Virus record (IMG/VR): IMGVR_UViG_3300009496_000005
Span: 13,149 to 77,148 of that record
Reading direction: 5' to 3' (one strand)
DNA length: 64,000 nt
DNA from: a virus
Both the position numbers and the translations under genes were made by a program. This document shows, one piece after another, positions 9,407-19,130 of the stretch. Each line of letters starts with the position of its first letter. Position 1 is the stretch's first letter. The notes under the pieces are model-generated. The model was not told the DNA's origin. It saw only the letters and a list, made by a program, of their open reading frames with translations, and did no database searches.

Positions 9407-9564
9407 TGAAAATACCAGAGAACAGAATAGGACTATCAACATCAGGATTAACAGGTAATGTAATACTAGCAGGAGTTATATTTGCAGGACTAAATCCATG
9501 GTGGTTAGTATTATCAGGCTTTTTTATAATCAGTGCAATAGGAATTGAAACCGGTAGCAAGTAA
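9406..9564 (+). CDS. small membrane protein (52 aa)
   Basis: TAATG coupling; two hydrophobic segments. Confidence 0.55.
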   Translation: MKIPENRIGLSTSGLTGNVILAGVIFAGLNPWWLVLSGFFIISAIGIETGSK

Positions 9565-9565
9565 T

Positions 9566-9802
9566 ATGCCCTACATAGAAAAAACAGGTAATAAAGCAAT
9601 AGCAGAACAACTATGGCAATGGGAAGGTGTGATGCACGACCCATATATAGATGGCTTTAATGGTTGGGGTTGTAAACAAAAGATTTACGAAGTTTACTGG
9701 CAAGCCAAAGAAGCACTAGATAATGCACCAACTTATGCTGGTGAAGATGAATGGCTTGAAGAAAAGAAATTCGATAAAGCATTTAACAGATTAAAAAAAT
9801 GA
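9566..9802 (+). CDS. hypothetical protein
   Basis: ORF MPYIEK.. Confidence 0.6.
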   Translation: MPYIEKTGNKAIAEQLWQWEGVMHDPYIDGFNGWGCKQKIYEVYWQAKEALDNAPTYAGEDEWLEEKKFDKAFNRLKK

Positions 9803-10602
9803 AAATAGGAATTATAGGCAAAGGCTTTGTAGGTTCAGCAGTTGCTAATGGCTTCGACAGAGATGTCAAACAGTTTGTGGTGGATCCCAGAATCAACGAC
9901 AACACAATAAACGACCTTGTTCGTGACTTTGATCCGCCACTCCTTTTTGTATGCTTACCTACACCACAACAGCATACGCACTTAGATGTTGACGTAAGTC
10001 AGGTTAGACAGGCACTAAGCGACTTATATGACTTAAAATACAAAGGTATAGTAGTAATTAAAAGCACTATTACTCCAGACCATTTAACTAAAATGAAGAA
10101 AGATTTTAAGTTAAAGTTAGTTTATAATCCAGAGTTCCTCACAGAAGCAAACAGTTTGCGAGACTTTATCAATCCTAATATGCAAATACTAGGAGGCAAG
10201 TGGAGAGATTGTGAAGCAGTGGAGAAGGCATATATAAGGCACAGTTCAGTTAAAACTGTTCCTACATTTAAAACAGATATGATTACAGCAAGCCTAATCA
10301 AGTATACAATCAATAGTTGGTTAGCATTAAAAGTTACATTCTTTAATGAACTACATGGTTTGTTTGAAAATTCAGGTGCGGCACCTCAGTGGAGTCAATT
10401 TACAGATATGCTAACAAGAGATCCACGCATTGGAGATAGCCATATGAGTGTTCCAGGTCTGGATGGCAAGTTTGGTTATGGTGGACATTGTTTCCCAAAA
10501 GACACTAAGGCATTCTTATACTATTCTAAACTCAAAAAGAAAGAACTGACGTTGCTTAAAGCCGCTATCCAACTTAACGAAAAGCAACGTGAAGAAAGTT
10601 AA
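9799..10602 (+). CDS. UDP-glucose/GDP-mannose 6-dehydrogenase family (short phage form)
   Basis: GxGxxG, IKSTITP, YNPEFL, GYGGHCFPKD catalytic Cys. Confidence 0.9.
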   Translation: MKIGIIGKGFVGSAVANGFDRDVKQFVVDPRINDNTINDLVRDFDPPLLFVCLPTPQQHTHLDVDVSQVRQALSDLYDLKYKGIVVIKSTITPDHLTKMKKDFKLKLVYNPEFLTEANSLRDFINPNMQILGGKWRDCEAVEKAYIRHSSVKTVPTFKTDMITASLIKYTINSWLALKVTFFNELHGLFENSGAAPQWSQFTDMLTRDPRIGDSHMSVPGLDGKFGYGGHCFPKDTKAFLYYSKLKKKELTLLKAAIQLNEKQREES

Positions 10603-11767
10603 GTTTATTTTTGAAATAAAATCTACTACAAGTCCTTTAAGATCAACAAAGACTGTTTCGTTCTTTAACTTTATGGAAAGGGATAGAACAGGCGACGGGT
10701 TTAAATTTCCTTTTACTTATGAATTACATTATACTAATGCTTTTGAAAGCAATGATGTAGATCCTGATGCAACTAATGTATTTGTTGTTCCTATGAACAT
10801 AGATTATATTAGACAATTAAACTTTGATGTGCTGTATGATTTACAAGACAAACACTCAAACGTAATATTACTTGCAGACTACAGTAACGAAAGTAACTTC
10901 CCAGCAAACTTTGGAACTAGAAACAATATAGAAAATAACTTTGAAACAGAAAGATTTATTTGCACAATGTTAAGTTTACATAATGGAGAGGAAATACCAG
11001 AGCCCAAGTTTAAAAAAATATTTCCTATTTGGATGTTTGCTACAGGAGTATTAAATGAGATACTTGATAGACGTAACGAAAAACATCTACATAACATTCC
11101 TCCTTTTACTTGGCCTGGCAAAGAAACATTCAAACAGTTCTTCTTCCCCAATAGGCTAGGAAGAGTGTGTAGGTTAGACTTAATTGTTAAAGCACACAAA
11201 GAAGGTTTGCTAGACAAGTGCGAGTGGACACTGATGATTCCTAGCACTGAAGGTTATCTAGAGGAATACAATCCGCACCATGAGTATTTTAAACTGTTTG
11301 GCACAGAACATAAAGGCATAGATCATACAGAGTTTGAATACAAATGGAGTCATCCAGCCTCAGAGTTTAATCAAGGTGGGCCACACGAAGCCTTTCCAAT
11401 GGCAGTATTAGAACGAACACTAGCAGTTATAATATCAGATACATACAATGATAACAACTTAATCAGTGATGGCTCAGAAAAGATATTAAAGCCTTTGATG
11501 TATGGCATGCCTGTTTTTTATAATGGCAGGACAGGAGTCATTAACAAACTAAAGGAGTTTGGTTTTTGGTTTCCAGGCAGTGACTACAACAATATCTTAG
11601 ATGCAGAAGAACGCAGTAAGCAAATGATAGAGGACTGCTTAAACTTTGAGACTGTGATATCTAAAGAAACAGCCGAACATGTTAAAGAAAACAAGCAACT
11701 TATGTTTGATCGTAACACACATTATAAATTAAGCAAAGATTTATTTGATTATATACTTGACTTTTAA
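10589..11767 (+). CDS. hypothetical, possible glycosyltransferase-like protein
   Basis: C-terminal SEKILKPLMYGMPVF..G motif; adjacent to nucleotide-sugar dehydrogenase. Confidence 0.45.
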   Translation: MKKVKFIFEIKSTTSPLRSTKTVSFFNFMERDRTGDGFKFPFTYELHYTNAFESNDVDPDATNVFVVPMNIDYIRQLNFDVLYDLQDKHSNVILLADYSNESNFPANFGTRNNIENNFETERFICTMLSLHNGEEIPEPKFKKIFPIWMFATGVLNEILDRRNEKHLHNIPPFTWPGKETFKQFFFPNRLGRVCRLDLIVKAHKEGLLDKCEWTLMIPSTEGYLEEYNPHHEYFKLFGTEHKGIDHTEFEYKWSHPASEFNQGGPHEAFPMAVLERTLAVIISDTYNDNNLISDGSEKILKPLMYGMPVFYNGRTGVINKLKEFGFWFPGSDYNNILDAEERSKQMIEDCLNFETVISKETAEHVKENKQLMFDRNTHYKLSKDLFDYILDF

Positions 11768-11785
11768 TATAAAGTATCGTATAAT
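11757..11785 (+). promoter_or_regulatory. sigma70-type promoter (leaderless)
   Basis: TTGACT-N17-TATAAT, ATG 6 nt later. Confidence 0.65.
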
Positions 11786-11791
11786 GTAATT

Positions 11792-11962
11792 ATGTATTGT
11801 AGTGAATGTAATAAGTTATTAATTGCGAGTGAAATAAAATATTTTACTCCTGACCACAATAATGTTTTCTGTGATGCATATTGTAGTAATGCCTGGTATA
11901 GCAAAACTTTTGAAAAACTAGATGCTAAAACAGACCAAACGGAGAATAACAATGATGAGTAA
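11792..11962 (+). CDS. small zinc-finger protein (56 aa)
   Basis: MYCSEC...FCDAYC (CxxC / CxxxC). Confidence 0.6.
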   Translation: MYCSECNKLLIASEIKYFTPDHNNVFCDAYCSNAWYSKTFEKLDAKTDQTENNNDE

Positions 11963-12215
11963 TAAACAAATAGAAGAATTTATTGCTCACCTGAATGATA
12001 AACTTTTTGATGCAGAAGAAGAATATAATGTATCTAGAACGGAAATATTGTCTATTGTATTAGCAGTAGCACTAGGCGGTATAAGAGCAGAAGCAAAAAT
12101 ATCAGGTGACATAAAAGGTATTGAAAAAGACTTAGCATCATTGGGCATAATATTTGATCGCATAGAATTTATCGAAGATGAATTTGATATACCAACAGAT
12201 GAAACAATACACTAG
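11952..12215 (+). CDS. hypothetical protein
   Basis: GGAG SD, acidic ORF. Confidence 0.6.
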   Translation: MMSNKQIEEFIAHLNDKLFDAEEEYNVSRTEILSIVLAVALGGIRAEAKISGDIKGIEKDLASLGIIFDRIEFIEDEFDIPTDETIH

Positions 12216-12223
12216 GATAAAAT

Positions 12224-13150
12224 ATGAAAGAACTTTGGACAGAAAAATATAGACCTTCAAGCATTGAAACTTATGTTTTCAGAGATGATAAACAAAAGCG
12301 ACAGGTAAGTGGTTGGCTTGGAGATGGGGCACTACCACACTTGCTATTCAGTGGTGCTCCAGGAACAGGTAAAACAACATTAGCAAAAGTTTTACTGAAA
12401 GAATTAGATATTGATCCAATGGATGTGTTAGAGATTAATGCATCGAATGAAAACAATGTAGATACTATTCGTAATAAGATAACAAACTTTAGTAGCACAA
12501 TGCCTTTTGGTGATATGAAATATGTATTACTTGATGAGGCTGATTACATTACACCTAATGGACAAGCGGCACTTCGTGGTGTTATGGAAATGTATCATAC
12601 TAGTTGCAGGTTTTTACTGACATGTAATTATTCACAAAGAATTATTCCTGCATTGCATAGTAGATGTCAAGGGTTTCATATTGAAAAACTAGACATACAA
12701 GAGTTCACAGCAAGACTGGCAACTATTTGTATTGAAGAAGATGTTCAACTAGACGGTGAAACATTAGATACTTATGTCCAAGCAACATATCCAGACTTGC
12801 GTAAGAGCATTAACTTAGTGCAACAGAACGTAGTCGATGGTGTATTACAAAAGCCACAAGATGGCGATGGTGCAAGTTCAAGTGATTGGATGCTAAGTGC
12901 TATTGAAATGTTTAAAGGCGGAGACTATAAAGGTGCTAGAACAATGATTTGTAGTCAAGCAAGACCTGAGGAGTATGATGATGTATATAAATTTATGTAT
13001 CGTAACTTAGAACTTTGGGGAACTACAGACTTACAACAAGACCAGGCAGTTGTTATTATTAGAAACGGCATGGCAAAGAGCAGTTTATGTGCTGACCCTG
13101 AGATTAACCTTAGTGCAACACTTATCGAATTACAATTAAATTCAGCATAG
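12224..13150 (+). CDS. sliding-clamp loader subunit (RFC / gp44-like)
   Basis: WTEKYRP, GAPGTGKT, EINAS, LDEAD, SRC motif. Confidence 0.95.
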   Translation: MKELWTEKYRPSSIETYVFRDDKQKRQVSGWLGDGALPHLLFSGAPGTGKTTLAKVLLKELDIDPMDVLEINASNENNVDTIRNKITNFSSTMPFGDMKYVLLDEADYITPNGQAALRGVMEMYHTSCRFLLTCNYSQRIIPALHSRCQGFHIEKLDIQEFTARLATICIEEDVQLDGETLDTYVQATYPDLRKSINLVQQNVVDGVLQKPQDGDGASSSDWMLSAIEMFKGGDYKGARTMICSQARPEEYDDVYKFMYRNLELWGTTDLQQDQAVVIIRNGMAKSSLCADPEINLSATLIELQLNSA

Positions 13151-13167
13151 ATTAGTTAAATAGTAAT

Positions 13168-14616
13168 ATGAAATTTGTTTTGCTAACAGACTTAGGCAAG
13201 AAACCTACACGATCAGGCTTACTGTTTAATAATAGTAGAAGTTCTGGCAGTCTGCATATAGTAAGCGAAGCAAGAAACTTTGGTGCAGAAGCAACCGGCA
13301 TAGACTATTGGCGTAGTTGGCCTTATGAATTACTTAAAGAATCCATACTATCATATTTTAATGATGACTCTGAGCCTTGGTTAGCCTTAAGTGGAAGTAT
13401 AGACGGCAGTAGCACAGATGACTTTAAAATACTTGTAGATGATATAAAGAAAGAATTACCTCAACTTAAAGTTATGCTAGGTGGATACAGAGTTCCAGTT
13501 GGTGAAAAAGATTGGGTAGATATTGCATTCATTGGTAGAAGCACAAACTTGTTTAGGAGATGGTTAAACAAAGAGCCACTTGATCAATACATTATGTCTA
13601 CAGAACCTTTAACATTAAAAAATCCATGGGGTGAAATACTAGAAGAGCCAGTAAGTCCTATTGTTGTTCCAGAAGATTTTATATCAGACAGAGAAGTTTT
13701 AGTAGTAGAAACAGCATTAGGTTGTAAGTTTGATTGTAGTTTTTGTGGCTATGACTTTAGAAACAACAAAAAGCCTCATTTAATAGATGAGGAAGTATTA
13801 TATAACAGTTTAAAAACAGCACATGATATGTTTGGGGTTGACCATTTCTTCTTTGCTGATGATACAATTAACGAAGTAGATGTTAAATTAGAACTTATAG
13901 GCAGAGTAGTAGAGCAATTAGACTTTAATCCTTCATTCATGGCATTTGCTAGATTAGATGTGGTAGGTGCTAAAACACATCAAATTGATCTAATGCAAAA
14001 AGCAAACATAGATACATTATTTTTTGGCATAGAAAGTTTTAATCCTAATGTTACAAAGATGATTCGTAAAGGAGGCAAGCCAGATAAGTTATTAGACACA
14101 TTGAGATTATTTAAAAAAGAAATGCCAGATGCATTTACATACGCAAACTTTATTATAGGTCTTACTGGCGACACAGAAGAAAGCATTTGGGAACACGGAC
14201 ATAAACTTATAGAAGAACAACTTGTAACCAGTGCAGGCTGTAATGCTCTAAGAATTTATCAAAACTTAGATAATCCAGATGTAGAAAGTAATATAGATAA
14301 AGACCCAGAGAAATTTGGTTACGAACTTACAGGACAAGATAGAGAATGGCCGGAACTTGGATATACATCTAAAACTTGGAAGAACGATTGGATAGATGTT
14401 AAACAAGCAGAAGAACTTGCAAAAAAATATGATAAGGTAATGGCAGACGGATTAGAATCTGTGTTTACAGCACACGAGATATTAGGTATAGCAGGACTAT
14501 TTAAAGATAGATTACCTTGGAAAAATTATAATAATCTTTTACCTATAGCGAACAAAGGGCAAACTAAAATGCTCAATAAATATATAAAGAATAAAAGCAT
14601 GTTTTTAAAAAGGTAA
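13168..14616 (+). CDS. radical SAM protein (B12-binding-like N-terminus)
   Basis: LGCKFDCSFC, FADDTIN, FGIESF, FIIGL. Confidence 0.85.
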   Translation: MKFVLLTDLGKKPTRSGLLFNNSRSSGSLHIVSEARNFGAEATGIDYWRSWPYELLKESILSYFNDDSEPWLALSGSIDGSSTDDFKILVDDIKKELPQLKVMLGGYRVPVGEKDWVDIAFIGRSTNLFRRWLNKEPLDQYIMSTEPLTLKNPWGEILEEPVSPIVVPEDFISDREVLVVETALGCKFDCSFCGYDFRNNKKPHLIDEEVLYNSLKTAHDMFGVDHFFFADDTINEVDVKLELIGRVVEQLDFNPSFMAFARLDVVGAKTHQIDLMQKANIDTLFFGIESFNPNVTKMIRKGGKPDKLLDTLRLFKKEMPDAFTYANFIIGLTGDTEESIWEHGHKLIEEQLVTSAGCNALRIYQNLDNPDVESNIDKDPEKFGYELTGQDREWPELGYTSKTWKNDWIDVKQAEELAKKYDKVMADGLESVFTAHEILGIAGLFKDRLPWKNYNNLLPIANKGQTKMLNKYIKNKSMFLKR

Positions 14617-14624
14617 ATAAGAGT

Positions 14625-14879
14625 ATGTGGACTAAAATAAAAAACTTTTTCTATACAGCATGGTATGAAGAATACGAACTTACTGTTTGGTTTGACAATG
14701 GAGTAACTGCAGATCCAGAAGGAACTGAGACTCCTAACCCTAAAAGCAAAAAGGTCTTTAGACTAAAAGCAATTAGTAAAAGGCAACCTACTCACATCAA
14801 AGGTAAGGAACTTGACGGCAAAGATTTTGAAATTAAAACTGTTAAGCCGTTTGATTTTATGCTAAGAAAGATATATTAG
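14625..14879 (+). CDS. hypothetical protein
   Basis: ORF, TAAATA-N5-ATG. Confidence 0.6.
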   Translation: MWTKIKNFFYTAWYEEYELTVWFDNGVTADPEGTETPNPKSKKVFRLKAISKRQPTHIKGKELDGKDFEIKTVKPFDFMLRKIY

Positions 14880-15628
14880 GCTTCGCCGTATAATCTTAAT
14901 ACTTCAGCAACAGCAGGATGTCTTTCGATATCTGTGCTTCCAAACTCTATACATTTAATTGACTCAGAGCCTTTGGCTACTAGTCTGTCTATAAACATTT
15001 TTAATCCGTTGCTTTCATATCCTCTGTCATGCTGATTTAAGTCGCCTGTTACTACAATTTTACTGCCCGTTCCTATACGAGTCAGTAACATTTTCATTTG
15101 ACTATCAGTAGCATTTTGCATTTCGTCTGCAATTATAAACGCATTCTTAAACGTTCGTCCTCTCATGTATGCCAATGGTGCTACTTCTACTTTGTTGTCG
15201 TTGATCATATACTCTATTTGTTCTGGCGAATAGTATTCCTCAAACACATCGAATATAGGTCTCGTCCATGGTGCCATCTTTTCCATTAACGTGCCTGGTA
15301 AAAATCCATGTTGCTCGTCAACAGATACTGCTGGTCTCGTTACCACAAACTTATCAATATTTGATTTTTTTAGTTGTTTGATTCCTGCTAATGTTGAGAT
15401 TAGTGTTTTGCCTGTTCCTGCTGGTCCAACTGCAAACACTATGTTGATGTTGTTATCCTCTAAGTAACCAAGTAGGTTGTCTTGGTTGAAGTTACGAGGT
15501 ATAATATTAACTTCTTTTTGTCGTGTTCTGGCTAGTGCGCCACCTTCTATTACTCTCAAATAGTTATCTCCTTTGTTTTTTTGTTTTTTATACTTGTTAC
15601 AATTCTGTTTCCTTTGCTTTCTGGACAT
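14876..15628 (-). CDS. phoH: PhoH-family ATPase
   Basis: GPAGTGKT, GFLPG, PLAYMRGRTF, DEMQN, TGDLNQHD. Confidence 0.95.
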   Translation of the reverse strand: MSRKQRKQNCNKYKKQKNKGDNYLRVIEGGALARTRQKEVNIIPRNFNQDNLLGYLEDNNINIVFAVGPAGTGKTLISTLAGIKQLKKSNIDKFVVTRPAVSVDEQHGFLPGTLMEKMAPWTRPIFDVFEEYYSPEQIEYMINDNKVEVAPLAYMRGRTFKNAFIIADEMQNATDSQMKMLLTRIGTGSKIVVTGDLNQHDRGYESNGLKMFIDRLVAKGSESIKCIEFGSTDIERHPAVAEVLRLYGEA

Positions 15629-15648
15629 GTTTGCCTCCTTTGAGCCAT

Positions 15649-15680
15649 AAAAAAACCGTGTATGGGTTCCCCATCACGGT
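15649..15680 (-). terminator. terminator-like hairpin in phoH leader
   Basis: Minus strand ACCGTG-ATGGG-GAA-CCCAT-A-CACGGT followed by T-run, about 10 nt upstream of AAGGAGG SD. Confidence 0.6.
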
Positions 15681-15812
15681 CGATTGTTTTATCTGTGTTC
15701 CAACTTTTTGTATGGTTGATTATCATATTACATAAAATATTTACTAAAAGTAAGAGGACCAAAAACAACGCAGTTTATAAGTCAATGTTGATTTAATATG
15801 GTAAATGGTTTT

Positions 15813-15820
15813 GATAAATA
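15813..15820 (+). promoter_or_regulatory. late-type promoter
   Basis: GATAAATA. Confidence 0.6.
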
Positions 15821-15838
15821 GTTGTAACGGAGATTTAT

Positions 15839-16399
15839 ATGACTATATCTACAAAGATGTTAAACGATAGTATAAAGAAGATTAGTGACACTAATAGTCT
15901 TTTAGATATGCTATGCGAATTTGAAAAAGTAATAGACGATGCAGATGTATATGCTTATAAGAATTGGGAAAAGGGAGAAATACTCGAAGGTCCTAACTTA
16001 GGTAGACACTTTGTTGACGTTAAACTATTATACAAAGGCAAAGAAATGCCAGATCCAGAAGGAGCAAAAAGGTTACTTGCCCTAGAATGCCAAGTAAAAT
16101 TTGATAAAGATACTTTGTTATCCCCTAGAAAAGTAATGACATTTGACGATGTGGATATAGATGTAAGACCAGATGGCAGTCAAAGATATAAAGCAAAAAC
16201 AACTTCAGAACCATGTTGGGTAGTAAGTATTAGAATGCCAAGAAGGTATGTAGATGAATTTAATGCAGACGTTATTACTGTAGATGAAGACAACTATGTT
16301 GATACAGAAAAAGCACAAGATCAAGGCACAGCAAATGATATAGCAACTGGCAATGCAGGAATACCAATGGCTCCCCCAATGGGCGGATTAGGAATATAA
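15839..16399 (+). CDS. hypothetical protein
   Basis: ORF with GGAG SD; YAYKNW..GEI..GP, MPDPEGAKRL. Confidence 0.7.
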   Translation: MTISTKMLNDSIKKISDTNSLLDMLCEFEKVIDDADVYAYKNWEKGEILEGPNLGRHFVDVKLLYKGKEMPDPEGAKRLLALECQVKFDKDTLLSPRKVMTFDDVDIDVRPDGSQRYKAKTTSEPCWVVSIRMPRRYVDEFNADVITVDEDNYVDTEKAQDQGTANDIATGNAGIPMAPPMGGLGI

Positions 16400-16400
16400 A

Positions 16401-17192
16401 ATGGGTTTAAAGAGAAACGATTTAAAAGATACAGTTCTTAAAAGAATTAGTTTAGATGAGTTTCATCCTAAGACTGGAGACGAGAAAGACGTAGCAGTTA
16501 TAGGATTTAGAGTAAGCCAGTCGGCTCCAGGTCAAGATTTATACAAGTTTCTAAATAGATCAGTAATAGAAACCAGAGATATAGAGGTTTCTCCTAATGC
16601 TAATGAAGATGGACACTACATGGTGTTTATAGAAATGGATAGAAACGAAAAACTATTAGATAACATTAAAGCATTAGTCAAAGATGTTGAGCATGTATCA
16701 AGTAAGTTACCATGGAAGGTAACACTTCCTTACATAGAAGAAGATATAGGCTTACTAGATGAAGAATTATCAAACCATGTTCAAATAGATCCAGAGGCGT
16801 ATCTTTCCGCATCAGAGTATAAAGACAAAATTGCTTCAGACCTAGAAGCATCACAACTAGAACTAGAGCAGGCAGAAGCAATGAACAAATCAAATAAAAT
16901 CTTAGAATTTTTAAAGAATACAAACATATTAGAAGCAGGAATAAATGATAGTAAACTACACATAAGAGGTAGTAATGATATTTACTCTGCTGAAATTATA
17001 AACTTTGGTAATGGTAAACAAGTTATGGAAGAGATTGGTATTTCAGAATCAGCAATCAGATATGACTATGAACCAGTTATGTTATCAAAGTTAAATAACA
17101 TGCTAGGAGGTCTTAGAGCACTTCCAATTAACGAATACATAGTAATTTTCGATAACGATAGTAAAGATATACTAGTAACAAAACCAGTATAG
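16401..17192 (+). CDS. hypothetical protein
   Basis: 263-aa ORF in operon. Confidence 0.7.
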   Translation: MGLKRNDLKDTVLKRISLDEFHPKTGDEKDVAVIGFRVSQSAPGQDLYKFLNRSVIETRDIEVSPNANEDGHYMVFIEMDRNEKLLDNIKALVKDVEHVSSKLPWKVTLPYIEEDIGLLDEELSNHVQIDPEAYLSASEYKDKIASDLEASQLELEQAEAMNKSNKILEFLKNTNILEAGINDSKLHIRGSNDIYSAEIINFGNGKQVMEEIGISESAIRYDYEPVMLSKLNNMLGGLRALPINEYIVIFDNDSKDILVTKPV

Positions 17193-17203
17193 AGGACACA
17201 GAT

Positions 17204-17434
17204 ATGAATGAAACAGTATTGTCAGTATTAAAATCACACTTTGGATCAGACAAAGTGTTTGAACTTTCAACTAATATTATTGATGACCTTGGCGGTGACG
17301 AGTTTGATGTTGTCGATTTAATCGTTCAAATAGAAGAGAAGTTAGAGATATCAATACCTGAAGAGGAAACATTTGATATTATGACTGTGTCTGCTTTGAA
17401 TGAGGTAGTTGAAAAACATGTTCAGTCAACTTAA
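17204..17434 (+). CDS. acyl carrier protein-like, lacking phosphopantetheine Ser
   Basis: DDLGGDEFDVVDLIVQIEEKLEISIPEEE aligns with ACP DLGADSLD..EL..ALEE.F...IPDEE. Confidence 0.8.
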   Translation: MNETVLSVLKSHFGSDKVFELSTNIIDDLGGDEFDVVDLIVQIEEKLEISIPEEETFDIMTVSALNEVVEKHVQST

Positions 17435-17903
17435 ATTAATACTATTTTTTATGTTGCTTTCCACAGCCGCTGGAGGCCTATGGTATGTGCAACATCTCAA
17501 ATCAGAAAACGAAATCCTTACACTTAATAATGCAAAACTAAATGATGCTGTTGAGCAACAACAAGCAGTTATCGAGCAACAATTAAGAGACATAGAGTCT
17601 AAGACAGAAATAAATAAAATTTTAAACGAAAACAATGCTAAACTCACAGCAGATTTAAACTTAGCAAATGAAAAGTTTAACAAGGTAAATGCTTCAGGTG
17701 AACGTAGAGATATAGGTAACTTGGCTCTGAGCAAGCCAAAGAGCATAGAAAGAATAGAACGTAAAAGAGAACAACAAAGAGCAAGGTGTTTTGAAATAGC
17801 ACAAGGTTCGCCACTAACAGAGGAGGAGTTAAATGCAACTAAGAAATCGCAGATTAATGCAGAATGCACTAATATTGCCAATCCTAACTATATTCCTTAT
17901 TAG
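17418..17903 (+). CDS. i-spanin (Rz-like)
   Basis: N-terminal TM, long coiled coil, C-terminal Cys; overlaps a lipoprotein gene. Confidence 0.65.
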   Translation: MFSQLKLILFFMLLSTAAGGLWYVQHLKSENEILTLNNAKLNDAVEQQQAVIEQQLRDIESKTEINKILNENNAKLTADLNLANEKFNKVNASGERRDIGNLALSKPKSIERIERKREQQRARCFEIAQGSPLTEEELNATKKSQINAECTNIANPNYIPY

Positions 17904-18276
17904 TGGTTGTGCAACAACTAGTCCATTAGAAGTCTTTACTAAAGAAGTGAAACGCATACCTTTAAATTTAGAACTTCCTCCAGTTGAAACACTAGAGCAA
18001 GTAAATCTTATTATTGTTACAAGTGAAAACCAAGAAGAAGTATTTGCTAAAATGAAAGAAGCAAATATTGATCCTGTAATATTTGGTTACAGTGATCAGG
18101 ATTGGGAACTTGTAACTAAAAACAATGTAAGAATGCGTAATCAAATTATAAAACTTAGAGCAATTATAGAAGCATACAAAGAATATTACGAGCCTGAAGA
18201 GCAAGAAGGCAAGAGTAATATGTTTAATTTATCTAATGAAGAGTTTACGCCAAAAAAACTTACAAAAGACGATTAA
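17833..18276 (+). CDS. o-spanin (Rz1-like) lipoprotein
   Basis: AGGAGGAG SD, lipobox LISG-C, Pro-containing segment. Confidence 0.65.
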   Translation: MQLRNRRLMQNALILPILTIFLISGCATTSPLEVFTKEVKRIPLNLELPPVETLEQVNLIIVTSENQEEVFAKMKEANIDPVIFGYSDQDWELVTKNNVRMRNQIIKLRAIIEAYKEYYEPEEQEGKSNMFNLSNEEFTPKKLTKDD

Positions 18277-18279
18277 CAC

Positions 18280-18308
18280 TTGACATTTAGCATTTAACCC
18301 TGTATAAT
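18280..18308 (+). promoter_or_regulatory. sigma70-type promoter (leaderless)
   Basis: TTGACA-N17-TATAAT, ATG 6 nt later. Confidence 0.75.
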
Positions 18309-18314
18309 ACATTT

Positions 18315-19127
18315 ATGGATTACTATGAAACACTTGGGGTTAATCACACCACAACCCCAAAGGAAATAAAAAAAGCATACCGCAAACTTGCTAGTAAACA
18401 TCATCCTGATAAAGGTGGTGATGCTGAACAATTCAAAAAGATCCAAGAAGCATACGACACTCTAAGTGACCCACAAAAGAAACAACAATACGATAATCCA
18501 GATCCGTTTGCAAACTTTCGAGGCGGTAATCCATTTGGCACAGGCAACTTTCAAGATATATTTACAGATATATTTGGCCAACGCAGGCAACCTCAACGCA
18601 ATCCGGATGGCATATTTGATATGGAAATAACTTTACAAGATGCTTTTCTAGGTAAAGAAATGACATTAAGCACACCAGAAGGTAGTGTTAATATAACTAT
18701 ACCCGCAGGTGTTAGACCAGGCACCAAGTTTAGGCTAGCCGGCAAGGCTGGTAGTAGGATTCCTCACTTGCCACCTGGCGACTTAATTGTTAGACTACAT
18801 ATTCAAAGTCCACGTGAATGGGGTAGAGAAGGAGATGACTTATTCATTAGAGCAGAAGTAAATGCTATAGAGGCCATGCGAGGTAGTTCTATACGAATTA
18901 TACATTTAGATGGCAAACAATATGATGTTACTATACCAGCAGGAACACAACCTGATGCTAAGATCAGAATGGCAGGATTAGGTATGACTAATCCAGGCAA
19001 TGGTATAGCAGGCAATCTAATTATAATAGTTGCTATCCATGTGCCCACAATCACAGATAATAATGACATAGAACTTTTAAATAAAATTAATAACAGAGAA
19101 AAGGACAACCGTAGGAGTTACAAATAA
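18315..19127 (+). CDS. DnaJ class II / CbpA-like co-chaperone
   Basis: J-domain with HPD, G/F region, no Zn finger, C-terminal substrate domain. Confidence 0.9.
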   Translation: MDYYETLGVNHTTTPKEIKKAYRKLASKHHPDKGGDAEQFKKIQEAYDTLSDPQKKQQYDNPDPFANFRGGNPFGTGNFQDIFTDIFGQRRQPQRNPDGIFDMEITLQDAFLGKEMTLSTPEGSVNITIPAGVRPGTKFRLAGKAGSRIPHLPPGDLIVRLHIQSPREWGREGDDLFIRAEVNAIEAMRGSSIRIIHLDGKQYDVTIPAGTQPDAKIRMAGLGMTNPGNGIAGNLIIIVAIHVPTITDNNDIELLNKINNREKDNRRSYK

Positions 19128-19130
19128 TAA

